Position numbers and translations under genes: made by a program. A stretch of 64,000 bases of DNA from Octopus bimaculoides. Lineage: Eukaryota. Shown here in pieces: positions 1 to 11,984 of the stretch. Positions within the stretch are counted from its first letter, which is position 1, and the number at the start of each line of letters is the position of its first letter. The notes under the pieces are model-generated. The model made no database searches and was not told the DNA's origin. It saw nothing but the letters and a program-made list of their open reading frames with translations. The stretch is taken from the NCBI RefSeq assembly GCF_001194135.2, contig NC_068983.1, positions 72,476,030-72,540,029 on the forward strand. Reading direction: 5' to 3'.

Positions 1-48
1 GTTTACTGATAAATGGAAAAATAAAGGAAAAAAATCAGCAAAGTATCA

Positions 49-266
49 TTAAAGTATAGTGAAAGAAATACTAAAATTTCTATAAAAAAAATAAAACAAA
101 ATTATATCTGGCAGCAAGGGATTATATTTAATAGGGTTCTTATCTTCATAGATCCAAGTATTATCAACATTAGCTTTGTAACTACTGTTGAAATTATTGC
201 TATTCACTTGGTTATTACTCACACTTTCACTACTATTCATGCTATTATTATTCCTGTCACAGACAA
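49..266 (-). CDS. Candidate orphan terminal exon, Asn/Ser-rich peptide
   Basis: Minus strand acceptor-like aattttgtggcag|TTGTCTGTGAC, then an open frame VCDRNNNSMNSSESVSNNQVNSNNFNSSYKANVDNTWIYEDKNPIKYNPLLPD... to a stop. No recognisable homology. Confidence 0.22.
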
Positions 267-374
267 CTGCCACAAAATTACTAATTTATCTACTTTGTAG
301 CTCCTAACAATATCCTCTTCTCTACAATTTATAAATTACTTGAATCACTTTGTTACCATAAGTAGTTGTTGTTC

Positions 375-700
375 TTGTCTAGATCCAGGTCACCCCTGAT
401 GGAGCAGACAATCAAAAGCATTCCAACTTTGTCTATTCAGTTTTTTAAGGGGTATCTAGGACTATATTATCTTATCTGTCCTTTTTTCTTCAAGGTGGTG
501 TTATTTAAGGTATATTTGGCTGCTGGTTCTAGCAGAATGAGTGTCAACTTGAAGGTTTTCTCTGTGGCTTGTAACATGAATAAGGATTATATGTCTTATG
601 TGTCCATCTCTTTCTTAAGGTGGTAGGTAGTCAAAGTACATTTGACAGCTGATTCTAACAGAACAAGCAACCATGCTGAGGCTTTCTCATAGTCTTGCAC
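375..700. mobile_element. Abundant short interspersed repeat, two partial units
   Basis: The motif 'atttggctgct(g/a)(g/t)ttctagcag' plus 'caggtca.ccctgat..agcagac...caaaagcattcca' recurs at about 7150-7345, 16180-16380, 17150-17350, 17470-17610, 20340-20530, 22080-22300, 32150-32230, 40330-40480, 43970-44120, 47995-48205, 59640-59955 and 60500-60700. Confidence 0.6.
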
Positions 701-1496
701 ATGAATATTGACAACCCCTTGATCCCCAGTGTTTTGTTAATGTGCAATGTGAACTGTAAGTCCTCGCCAAAATTAATATGTAATTCCAGAAACTATCAGT
801 AGAATCAACTCTGTGAACTTTTGTTAGTTAATTAACTAATATGACTCATTATCAGTAGCCAGAGGAAAATAGCCTGACTAACTTTCCCTACACACACACA
901 CACCTGTACAAGCACAATCAATACATCAACACATACAAAACAGATATCCATGCAAATAAACACACGTACATATAAATACTGCAAACACACATATACACAC
1001 ACAAACACACATAAATTCACATAAACATACACACACATGTGAAGGGATTCATTCTTATATTTCCCTCACCAACTTAGATAATTTAGTTATACCTAGTTGG
1101 ATATTTGTTGTCCAACAGTCAATTAAAATATATTATTTCATCTATCAGTGTGTCCATTCAGTGAGAAGTCAAATCGCTGACTTAATACAAGGCAATTTAC
1201 TTCTAAGTCACCAGTTCCAGCTGAAAATTTACAGCCACATATTTACATCACTAATATATTATCCTTTTATTCTTCTGGTGGTTTCAGTCATTGGATTGAT
1301 GTCAGGCTGAAGCGCCATCTTCAAAAGATTTTGCCGATTATACTGACCCCAGTACTTTGTCTGAAAATTGACTCGTCAACCTTGCAAAAGGATGAAAGGT
1401 AAAAATCAATCAAGCACAAAGAGTTGTAGCTGAGATAGATTAAAACACCACAAGGTATCTTTGACGTTAGCAATTTTACCATACCATACCAAATTA

Positions 1497-1511
1497 TACA
1501 CACACACATAC

Positions 1512-1568
<57 letters not shown>

Positions 1569-1690
1569 ATTTAAATATTTTTAAAATTTCATAGTGTTAC
1601 CTATATATATATATATATATATATACATGCACACACACAAACACACATACACAAACACACACACACACACGCACATACACATACATATCT
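1497..1690. repeat. Compound (CA)n/(TA)n/(TG)n microsatellites
   Basis: Directly visible dinucleotide arrays. Confidence 0.95.
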
Positions 1691-1986
1691 ATGAGATGAC
1701 TCTGTAATATGCACTGTGTGTTTACTAATTATTTTAGGTCCCTATGTTGACACAAGAAAACAGAGATACTTTTTCAGCCCTCTCACACTTAACGACATTG
1801 AACAATGAGGATGTGAAAGCTGGAGGGAGGAACACATCAACATGCAGCTGATACTCATTTTAGCTGAGTGGAGATGGACAATATAAAATGAAGTGCTTTG
1901 CTCAAGACCACATGCTACTTAGTCCAGGAATTAAACACATGACTTTATGACTGTGTGCCCAAATATATATATATATATATATATAT

Positions 1987-4140
1987 CATCATCATCATCA
2001 TCAACATTTAACGTCCGTTTTCCATGCTAGCATGGGTTCGACGGTTTGACTGGGGTCTGGGAAGCCAGGAGGCTGCACCAGGCTCCAGTCTGATCTGGCA
2101 ATGTTCCTACAGCTGGATGCCCTTCCTAATGCCAACCACTCCATGAGTGTAGTGGGTGCTTTTTACATGCTACCGGCACAGGGGCCAGAGGAGGCTGGCA
2201 ACGATCACGACGGGTTGGTGCTTCTTACGTGCCACTGGCACGGAAGCCAGTCAAGGCAGCACTGGCATCAGCCACGTTTGGATGGTGCTTTTTATGTGCC
2301 ACCGGCACGGGTATCACAACTACAATTTCCATTTGATTTTCATTTTGATGTACTTGACTCAATAGGTCTCCTCAAGCACAGCAGGTGGCCCTACGATCCA
2401 AGGTACTTTTTAATGGGCTGGAGCTGGTTATGCGAAACTGGTGTAGGATACAGCCATGAACTCACTTTATTTGCCGGATCTTCGCAGTCACAGCATATCA
2501 CCAGAGGTCTCGTTCTTTCATCATTGCCTCTGTGAGGCCCAACATTCAAAGGTCATGCTTCACCACCTCATCCCATGTCTTCCTGAGTCTACCTCTGCCC
2601 CGGATTCCTTCAACTGTTTGGGAGTGGCACTTCTTCACACAGCTCTCTTCATCCATCCATAGTACATGACCATACCAGCACAAACGTCTCTCTTGCATGC
2701 CACATCCGATGCTTATCATGTCCAACATTTCTCTCAGTGCACTTACGCTTTGTCATGTGTGCACACTGACATTACACATCCAGCAGATCATGCTAGCTTC
2801 ATTTCATTTGAGCCTATGCATGTCCTCCGCAGTCACGGCCCATGTTTCACTGCCATGAAGCATGGCAGTTCGCACAGATGCATCATACAATCTACCTTTC
2901 ACTCTAAGCGAGAGGCCCTTTGTCACCAGTAAGGGTAGAAGCTTTCTAAACTTTGCCCAGGTTATTCTTATTCTAATGGTAACACTCTCTGAGCATCCAT
3001 CCCCACCACTAACTTGATCACCTAGGTAGTGGAAGCTATCAACTACTTCTAGTTTCTCCTCCTGGAGTGTGATGGAGTCTGTTTTCTGAGCATCTGTGGT
3101 GTTTATTACCCCTGTGCATCTGCTGTGCACGAAAGCTATCTTCCCAGTTAATCTTCCTTTGATGTTGCTGCACCTCTTATGTTTCCATAGCTTGCACTAG
3201 GTACATCTTATGGAGTTTCTACCTACACCTTTTCTACAGATCAAGTAGGGCCACCTACCTGAAGGGGTTTGTGATGTGTTCGCCTTCCTACTTACTAGAA
3301 CTTTGGTCTCTGCTACTTTGACTCTAAGGCCTTTCGATTCTAAACCTTGCTTCCACACTTGAAATTTCTACTCTAGTTCTGGTAGTGATTCTGCTGAGGG
3401 CCAGGTCATCAGTACAGAGGAGCTCCCAGGGGCAACCTGTCTTGAATTCCTCTGTTATTGCCTGGAGCACTATGATGACTAAAAGAGGACTGAGGGCTGA
3501 TCTTTGGTGGACCCCTACTTCTACCCGGAATTCTTCACTATACTCATTGCCAATCCTAACCCTACTAACAGCCTCTCTGTATAGGGCCTGTACAGCCCTT
3601 ATTAACCATTCGTCAATCCCCATTTTCCACATCGCCCACCAGATAAGGGATTGGGGGACCCTGTCAAAGGCTTTCTCCAAGTCAACAAAAACTAAGTATA
3701 GGGGTTTATCTTTAACTAAGTATTTCTCCTACAGTTGCCGCACCAGGAATATAGCATCAGTGGTGCTTCTACCTGGCTCAAAACTGAACTGCATCTCATC
3801 TAAGCAGACTCTCTCCCTAATGAGATGGGCTATGACCCTCACCATGACCTTCATCACCTGATCCAGCAGTTTGATACCCCTGTAGTTATCTCTATCTAGA
3901 GCATCACTTTTACCCTTGTAGCAGTTGTCTATGGGGCTGCTATGTCAGTCATTGAGTATGACTCCATCATGAACTACCTGGTTTACAATACGGGTGACTA
4001 GGCCATAGCCACACCACCAGATGTTTTAAGCATCTCAGCAGTGATTCCTGATGGGCCGGGCTTTTCCTGGCTTCATGCCTTTAATTACTTTATCTACCAG
4101 GGAGCTGTCTATTCGGATAGTTGGTCCTTCTACTGAAAAA
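1987..4140 (-). mobile_element. 5'-truncated RTE-clade LINE, decayed ORF2 (reverse transcriptase and C-terminus) plus 3' UTR and (GAT)n tail
   Basis: Minus-strand frames give EKAFDRVP...GVHQRSALSPLL...ELLCTDDLAL (RT motifs with decayed YADD), VRTAMLHGSETW and RRLCWYGHVLWMDEESCVKKC...GRGRLRKTWDEVVKHDL. Several frameshifts. The tail appears as (CAT)n at 1987-2002. Confidence 0.92.
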
Positions 4141-4169
4141 CACTCAAAAAGAATTCAGCCACTTTGCCT

Positions 4170-5233
4170 CCATCATGTAAAGATGTTCTTTACGTGCCAC
4201 CAGCATAGGTGCATTTGGCTTGATGGGTCCTCTCAAGCACAACACATCACCAAAGGTCTTAGTCACTAGTCATTGCCTCTGTGAGGCTCAAAGTTCGATG
4301 ATCATGCTTCCCCACCTTGTTCCACATTTTCCTGGGTCTACCTCTACCACAGTTTCCCTCCACAGTTAGAGATCGGCACTTCTTACACAGCTGTCCTCAT
4401 CCATATGCATTACATGACCATACCAGTGCAGTTGTCTCCCTTGCACACCACATCTGATTCTCCGTATGCCTAACTTTTCTCTTGTGATGCTTACACTATG
4501 TCGAACATGCACACTGACATTGTACATCCAGTGAAGCATACTGGCTTCATTTCTCTCAAGCCTACGCATGTCCTCAGCCGTTATAGCCCATGTTTCACTG
4601 CCATGCAGCATAGCTGTTCGGACACAGGCACCAAACAATCTGCCTTTCACAGAGAGAGAGGCCCTTTGCTGCCAGCAGGAGTAGGAGCTCTCTCAACTTT
4701 ACCCAGCCTAAGCTTATTCTCACAGCTATGCTTTTGGAGCATCTAAGTCTACTACTAACTTGATCATCTAGATAATGGAAACTATCTACTATCTCTAGCT
4801 TGCCCTCCTGGCAGTTGATGGAGCCTATTTTCTACTCATTTTGGTGTTTATTGTACCTGTGCACCTTCCACATACAAAAGTTTCCCTGTTAATCTTCCTC
4901 TAATGTTGCTGCACCTTTTATGTGTCCAAAGCTCACACTGGGTGCATCTTATGGAGTTTCTACCTACACTTTTTCTACAGATTGAACAGGGCCATCTACC
5001 TGAAGGGATCTGTGATTTGTCTGCCTTCCTACTTACTATGACTTTGTTTTTTGCTAGGTTAACTCTAAGGCCTTTTAATTCTCGATCTTGCTTCCATACC
5101 TGGAACTTCTTCTCTAGTTCAGGTAGTGATTCAGCTATAAGAGCAAGGTCATCAGAGGAGCTCCCAGGGGCAGCCTGTCTTGAATTTCTCTGTTATTGCC
5201 TGGAGGACTATGATGAACAAGAGGGGGCTGAGC

Positions 5234-5236
<3 letters not shown>
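4170..5236 (-). mobile_element. Second 5'-truncated RTE LINE fragment, same orientation, diverged from the first
   Basis: KGRLFGACVRTAMLHGSETWAITAEDMRRLERNEASML...LHWYGHVMHMDEDSCV, with LSPLL/GCPWELL/ADDLAL remnants near 5140-5236. Confidence 0.9.
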
Positions 5237-5276
<40 letters not shown>

Positions 5277-5282
5277 CACACA

Positions 5283-5501
5283 CACATGGGTGCTGAAAAG
5301 TTCCATGCTTTGGGTAAAGGAAAATACAAGAAGACCAGTTAATTATGGTTTTATTCCACATATTCACCTCTCAGATTCACACACTTATTGCAGAAGTCCT
5401 TCAGTTTTTCTCAGCCCTGTAAAAGAACTTGGAAGGTTGGGTCTTCAGCCAAGCTTTTCACGATACCCTTAAAGCTAGGAACTTCTCAGCACCCCCTTGT
5501 A
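5283..5501. mobile_element. Mariner-derived MITE
   Basis: Terminal inverted repeats gggtgctgaaaagttcc (left) and ggaacttctcagcaccc...gta (right), ~215 bp, TA-rich flanks. Confidence 0.75.
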
Positions 5502-6781
5502 TAAGCTAAAGAAACTACTGAATCTTTCTCTCTCTCGCTCTCTCTTTCTTTCTTTCTGCAGACAAACAGGCAGATATGCAGACAGACAGACTGACAAATA
5601 CAATAGACTGTCACATTTTCTTTTTGTCAAATTTCATTCAGAAGGTATTGGTCGACTCGGACTACGGTAAAAGTTAGTGAGATCAATCAGCTGGAGTCAT
5701 GTGATTGTAAACAAATTACCACCAGACCTATATATATTATATTTCTTTTGTTATAAAAAGTTCAGTACCTTACATAACTAAATTCACACCAATCCAAGAT
5801 AAAAGTTAAATTCACATTTCCAAGTCAAATCAACTGATTATAACCAGTTCCTCCACAAAAAAATTAACAGTTGTTTTCAAGCATAATGAAAAGAAAACAC
5901 ACATATGCATACATGCACACACACTCTCACACATACACAAAAGCTTCCAGATCATGCACCTCAGTATAACTCTTTATAAATACAATGCAACAGTTATGCT
6001 TTGTCAACGGAAGAAATGTAATTATGTCTTATTGCAGACACCAGAAAATTCATTTTTAAAAACAAAACTTAATTGTCAACAGGGAATATATGACATAATA
6101 GCCACGAAGAAGGTAGTGGAGGTATGGCAATGCCCAACTCAAGAGAACAGTTTAAATCAACTAAGGAAAATATAGTAACTAATAAATTAACCAATGAAAA
6201 CAATTAACAATTTAGAGATACTAGATCCAAATAATAATAATAGACTCACAAACAAAATACTAGAATTACAAAATTTACAAACACCACATGGAACCAGATA
6301 GCAGGTCCAAATAACAGGTACAAATAACATAACAGATTAATGAAATTTAGTGACATCAGACAGAGCACTCTCAAATACACACACACACATTAAGTCAATA
6401 GAGACAATCTCCCTCAAAGTCAATACAGACATAAACAGAATAATTTGACCAGACTGGATACAATAACAAAACCAACAGAGACAAAGTAGCTAATGTATTG
6501 GTCAAAAGAAAAGTGACAACACATAATAATAAAATACAAAAACCACCCTCAATGAATTAACCAATGAAAACAAAAGATGATCCAGAGAAACCAAATATTA
6601 AAATGAAATTGATCGATAGAAACAAAACAACCAACAAATTAGCTAATGAAAAGCAACATTAGGATAACAATCAGAATATTTAAAAACTAGCCAATGAAAA
6701 TGATAGCCATACAGAAGAGTGAGCCTGCTTGTATATAAAATGGACTAAAATATATTTAAAAAATAATAATAAAGCACTCAC

Positions 6782-6841
6782 CTGAAAGATTGCAAATGCA
6801 TGAAACTTGAGCCACAAGAATAAGAATTAGGTTTAAATATT
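6782..6841 (-). CDS. Candidate 60-nt symmetric (phase 1-1) exon encoding a hydrophobic stretch
   Basis: tag|AATATTTAAAC...CTTTCAG|gtgagt. Strong donor, weak acceptor, open frame YLNLILILVAQVSCICNLS. Confidence 0.25.
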
Positions 6842-7519
6842 CTATACGTATGTGTATGTATGAATACATAAGTGTGTGTGTGTGTGTCTATAAATATATG
6901 TGTGTGTGTGTACATGTAGGATACTTAAATTCAGAAATCTCAGTTCACCTCCCTAAGAAGAATATGTACATGAATTCTGAATTCTTGGAATATCATACAT
7001 AGCAGATAGTTCACTTTATAAGACAATACTCATCCAATAGCAACTACAATATCAGAAGCTACATATCTTCACAAGTATCTCTTGCAAGAGAAAACGTATA
7101 CATGCTAGGTTATCCTTTGTTTAGTTGAATATATCTAGGTAGTAAAACTGCTTAAGATAGCGAAGGAGGTGCATTTACAAACTTGCTACTATTTGCAGCT
7201 AAATCTCTCCCAAATCCTAACCTAAGAGTTACAAATACACTATGTCAAATAGAAAAACAAAAGCAAACAGAATTGTTGTGGCTGGAAAGCATTTCATTAT
7301 AGGTTTGTTCAATCAGGGATGGCCTGGGGTTAAATAAGAACAATGGAGAACATATAATTGAAACAGAACAGAAAATCTTTATCAACACAGATTTCATTTC
7401 CAAAGAAATTTAACAAACAAGCTGCATCTGTTGTATTTAGATAATTGATTCATACTAAGAATAGATTTTGAATACAGTATTTAAAATATAGTATCCATAA
7501 ATGTATACATTCATATATA

Positions 7520-7692
7520 TATGAAAACACACATATACTAATATACATGTATACATTCATATATATATATATATATATATATATAAACATTGAATATATA
7601 TATAAACACACATATACATATATACATTTATATACATAATCACATATCTGTATACACACACACACACACATACATACAAATGCATATGCGTG

Positions 7693-7765
<73 letters not shown>

Positions 7766-7972
7766 GTATATGATTGTGTGTCTGTGTTTGTCCCCCAACA
7801 TCACTTGACAACTGATGCTGGTGTGTTTACGTCCCCGTAACTTAGTGGTTCGGCAAAAAAGACCGATAGAATAAGTACTAGGCTTCCAAAGAATAAGTCC
7901 TGGGGTCGATTTGCTCGACTAAAGGCAGTGCTCCAGCATGGCCGCAGTCAAATAACTGAAACAAGTAAAAGA

Positions 7973-8008
<36 letters not shown>
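7520..8008 (+). mobile_element. 3' half of a tRNA-derived SINE (7775-7975) embedded in (TA)n/(TG)n arrays
   Basis: gtttgtccccc...gtttacgtccccgtaacttag...gatagaataagtactaggctt...gctccagcatggccgcagtcaa...gaaacaagtaaaagag matches the 3' halves of the copies at 9325-9665 and 44557-44878. Confidence 0.75.
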
Positions 8009-8011
<3 letters not shown>

Positions 8012-8497
8012 TGAGATGAAGTAGTGAGGACCAATCTTGAGTTGTTAGGGCTCATGGAGGAAATGACAATGGACTGAGATGTCTGCCACTATGATGTTCT
8101 AGAGAATACCTGCCCACATCAGAATAACTGAGTGGAAGAAGCATTCTGTCCCACCCAAACTGCATCTTTTCTCTTCCTCACATTTTTCTTCATACACTAT
8201 AATTTTCTCCCATCCCTGCCCTGCTCACTGTATTGCAACTTTGCCCATCACTCTCTTTCTTACCAGTCACTTTAATCTCCACCCCCCACTCCCTACTAGC
8301 ACCTTCTTGGCAGTACTTGGCACATATATTACATTCCAGACTGAGAGCTAACCCTAGCAATTGCCACCATTTCTCTCTCTCTTCCTTATTCTACCATCCC
8401 ATCGATGCTCTGAACCCCATTTTTTGTGAGTATACCATGACACTTCATCATTATTTCTCTCCTGATCTCTCTTGCATCTTGCTGTCTTCCACTCTCT

Positions 8498-8500
<3 letters not shown>

Positions 8501-8550
<50 letters not shown>
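8501..8550. repeat. (CT)n microsatellite
   Basis: Direct observation. Confidence 0.97.
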
Positions 8551-8554
<4 letters not shown>

Positions 8555-8659
8555 CTGAATAACCATATACCTCCTCTATAGCAAGACATCTATTTCTGCC
8601 TCTGTGTCTCTCTGTCACACTTTAAACTTTCATCAGCTGACATAAGATCACCTCTACTA

Positions 8660-9012
8660 ATGCCCTCTCCCCTCTCGAAATTCCTTGGCTTGCAAGTTAC
8701 TTGGTGACCCTGCTGGTGTTGGTGCCATATAAAAAGCATTCGGTCCACACTGTGAAGCAGTTGGCATTTGGAAGGGCATCCAGCTGTAAAATCCATGCCA
8801 AAATTGACCTTGCCTGTGCTGATGCCACATAAAAAGCACTCAGTCCACCCTATGGGGTGGTTTGTGTTAGGAAGGGCATCCAGCCATAAAAACCATGCCA
8901 AAAAAAAACACAGTAGCCTGGTGTAATCTTCTACCTGGCTGGCTTCTGTCAAATTGTCCAACCCATGCCAGCATGGAAGACGGACATTAGATGATGATAC
9001 TGATGATGATAT
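8660..9012 (+). mobile_element. Stand-alone RTE 3'-UTR-like repeat with (GAT)n tail
   Basis: ggaagggcatccagctgtaaaa...ccaacccatgccagcatggaagacggacattagatgatgat is the reverse complement of the 1987-2150 motif. Confidence 0.75.
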
Positions 9013-9324
9013 TAGACACACAGATAGATAGATGCATACATATAGACAGACTGTGAAACACACATACACACAGCATACAACAAAGATAGATAAGGATGCA
9101 ATTAATACAAGATAAACACTGGCTTTCTTGAAATTATTTCCACATGCAGAGAAGAGCGAGCAATTGCTTGTTGGCATTTGGGACCAACTTCAAATAAGAA
9201 GGGGAAATAATCTCAACACTCAAAGACTCTCCAAACTTGACAGATTATTAACGAAAAACAGTCTTATTACCTGCACACAAGTAAACAGCTGTGGAAACAT
9301 GTTTATACCTCATTAGGTGTCTTA

Positions 9325-9446
9325 TTCTTTGTAAGCCTAGTACTTATTCTATCAGTCTCTTTTTGCCAAACCACTAAGTTACGGGGACGTAAACACACCA
9401 GCATCGGTTGTCAAGCGATGGTGGGGGGACAAATACAGACATACAA

Positions 9447-9499
<53 letters not shown>

Positions 9500-9665
9500 T
9501 ACGACAGGCTTCTTTCCGTTTCCGTCTACCAAATCCACTCATAAGGCTTTGGTCGGCCTGAGGCTATAGTAGAAGACACTTGCCCAAGGTGCCACGCAGT
9601 GGGACTGAACCCGGAACCATGTGGTTGGTAAGCAAGCTACTTACCTCACAGCTACTCCTGCGCCA
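9325..9665 (-). mobile_element. Near full-length tRNA-derived SINE with an internal (TA)n(TG)n microsatellite
   Basis: Minus strand head ggcgcaggagtagctgtgaggtaag... with B-box-like ggttcagtccc, then body, internal microsatellite at 9446-9500, and 3' half. Confidence 0.8.
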
Positions 9666-10299
9666 TATACAGAAAAGAGAAGATACTTATAGTGAGGGTA
9701 ACCAAAACCATGTGGTTGCAAACTGAGCTTTTTAATCATACAGCTTCTTAAACACCTATATATGTGTTTGTGTGTATATGCATGTGTGTGTGTGAACATG
9801 TGTGTGTGTGTAGGTGTGTGTGTGAGTGAGTAGTACTATTACAACAGAAAAATGTTGGTGTAAGTAATATATTTCCCATCATTCTAGATATAAAATTTTA
9901 CAAATTTGAAAAATATGCCAGACTTCATCCAACTTCATTACTATATTAGTTAATTTAGTTAGTGTGTAGTGTACTTATTTAAAAAATAAACATTGGTGTG
10001 GGAATCAATATCTCTTAACATCCAAGAATAGCATCTTTGTCATTATTGTTTTAACATCCACTTTTCTATACTTGCATGGGTTAGACAATTTGTTGAAGTA
10101 GATTTTCTATGGCTGGATGCCCTTCCTGTCTCCTACCTATTTCCAAGTAAAGTAATACTTACTCATAGCCTGACATGTTTTCATGGAAGACTAGAAATGA
10201 AGAACTTTTTTGTATGACAGTGACACTCATTTAAACTAACACATGATGTCAAAGTTGGGAGACACTAAAACACATATGTATATATGTATGTGTATACGT

Positions 10300-10478
10300 G
10301 CATGTATGTGTGTGTGGGCTTCTTTCAATTTCCAAGTACCAAATCCACTTACAAAGGTTTGGTTAGCTCAGGGATACAGTAGAAGGTGCATACGGGGCCT
10401 TGGGCAAGTGTCTACTTGGGGCTAAACCCTAAACCATATGGCCAGAAAGCAAACTTCTGAATTACACAGCCATGCCTG
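10300..10478 (-). mobile_element. 5' half of the same SINE family, decayed
   Basis: ggcttctttcaatttccaagtaccaaatccact...ccatatggccagaaagcaaacttct...cacagccatgcctg. Confidence 0.65.
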
Positions 10479-10502
10479 AATTTGTGTCAACACACAATTA
10501 CA

Positions 10503-10552
<50 letters not shown>

Positions 10553-10558
10553 GAATGT

Positions 10559-11095
10559 TGAATTTGACCTGTGAAGTCTGCTCATTATGAACTTTTGGAC
10601 ACACTTGTGTGGAGGGAGTAAAAAACTTTTTTCAAAATGTATGTGAATTTGACCTGTGGATGTCTGTTTACTTATGAACTTCGGATGTACTTGTGTGAGG
10701 GAAGTAAAGGACTTTTTTCAAATATTTTTCAAATATTAAAAAAAAAATTTATTTTTATTTTTTAAAAATATTTTAATCATCTGATAAAACTTTTTTAGTC
10801 GGTTGATATTTATTTTATTTTTACCTTTACTTATTTTATATTTGTCTATTAAGTTTTTTGGTAGTTTTTGAATTTTTAGCCATTTATATTTAATATTTTT
10901 GATTGGCTGTTCTATTTGTATTTTATTCGATTATATACTTTTACCTTCTGTAATTTTATGTATATGTATTATTTTTATGTGTTTGAGAACCATGGTGATT
11001 TTTATATATGATTAAATGTTTGAGGGGTGGTGATGTATGTAAAGTTGTTGACCCATATTTAATGTTTGTTCTATAACCAATGCTTCTTTATATAT
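10559..11095 (-). mobile_element. Highly decayed Penelope-like element fragment
   Basis: The A-rich minus strand gives YIHHHPSNI, WLKIQKLPKNLIDK and LPSHKY/LPPHKC...NRH..VK remnants. These resemble the post-RT HHP..., YP..LID and HFP..HK..FNR motifs of Penelope-like ORFs. Many stops. Confidence 0.4.
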
Positions 11096-11559
11096 ACATG
11101 TATATATATATATACATTATTTCAAGACATTTATACATAAGCAGAGAACTCAAACTAATAGAGAAAGTATAAACATATTAAGTAAATAATACACTGAAAT
11201 ATAAACAAAGAATATATTTTAAATATACATTATATCTATATATATAATATCTGAATAAGCCACAGACCTAACAAAACTGAAAACTAGTTTGAATAAATTA
11301 CAGCTTATATTATTAGACTTTGCACATGTATTGAGTCCTTTATTCAATCAAATCTTGTTGTTTTGTACACATAAAGATACTAACTTTTATATGCGTGCAT
11401 GTGTGCATGCACACGCACACACACACACACATACATATAACAAGCCCTTCATATATTTTAACATGTATATATACATATAATGATTGCTTCATCTTGTCAG
11501 ATGACAGACATTTCATTATTCATAAAATGAGGTGATGAGACAACTATACATCAATGGAT

Positions 11560-11896
11560 TTAGAGTGATATATGTTGTGTTGGATTATAGTGACATCTAT
11601 GACACCTGTCACTCTCTAAATCTCCATCATGAAATATCCAGTGACAAGCAAGAACAAGATTACCAGAATCATTTTCAAATACACATTTTTCAAAGAGAGC
11701 CTTTCTCCCAGACTTTTCCAATAAAAGTACAAAAGTCAGTAGGAGTTTGATTTTTTCTTTTAGTTTTCTTTCTCCAAGTGGTTTTATCATGTACCCAACC
11801 ACAAAACTGAGTATTTTTACACCCAAATGCAATATATTTATGTATAGGTAGATATAGTAAGGTTTTCTTGTAACAGTTTTCCATCTCATAGAGAAT
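11560..11896 (-). CDS. Unassigned long ORF behind an acceptor-like site
   Basis: tttagttttggctcacag|A TTC TCT ATG AGA TGG... is open to the stop at 11560 (part of the 115-aa track ORF). No confident homology. Confidence 0.22.
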
Positions 11897-11984
11897 CTGT
11901 GAGCCAAAACTAAAGAACTTCTATCTGCCCATGAGTTGAGTTAATCTACATCAGACACCAACCTAGCATTTATTCCTAGAAAAA

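Noticed and set aside
7450-7811. ORFs rich in YIYI/CVCV/THTH here and at 832, 13388-13804, 37431-37768, 61218-61659 and 63546-63834
   Set aside because: These are read-through of dinucleotide microsatellites.
8590-8645. CTGATGA on the minus strand near 8631-8637
   Set aside because: No stem II followed by GAAA and no stem III/I pairing were found.
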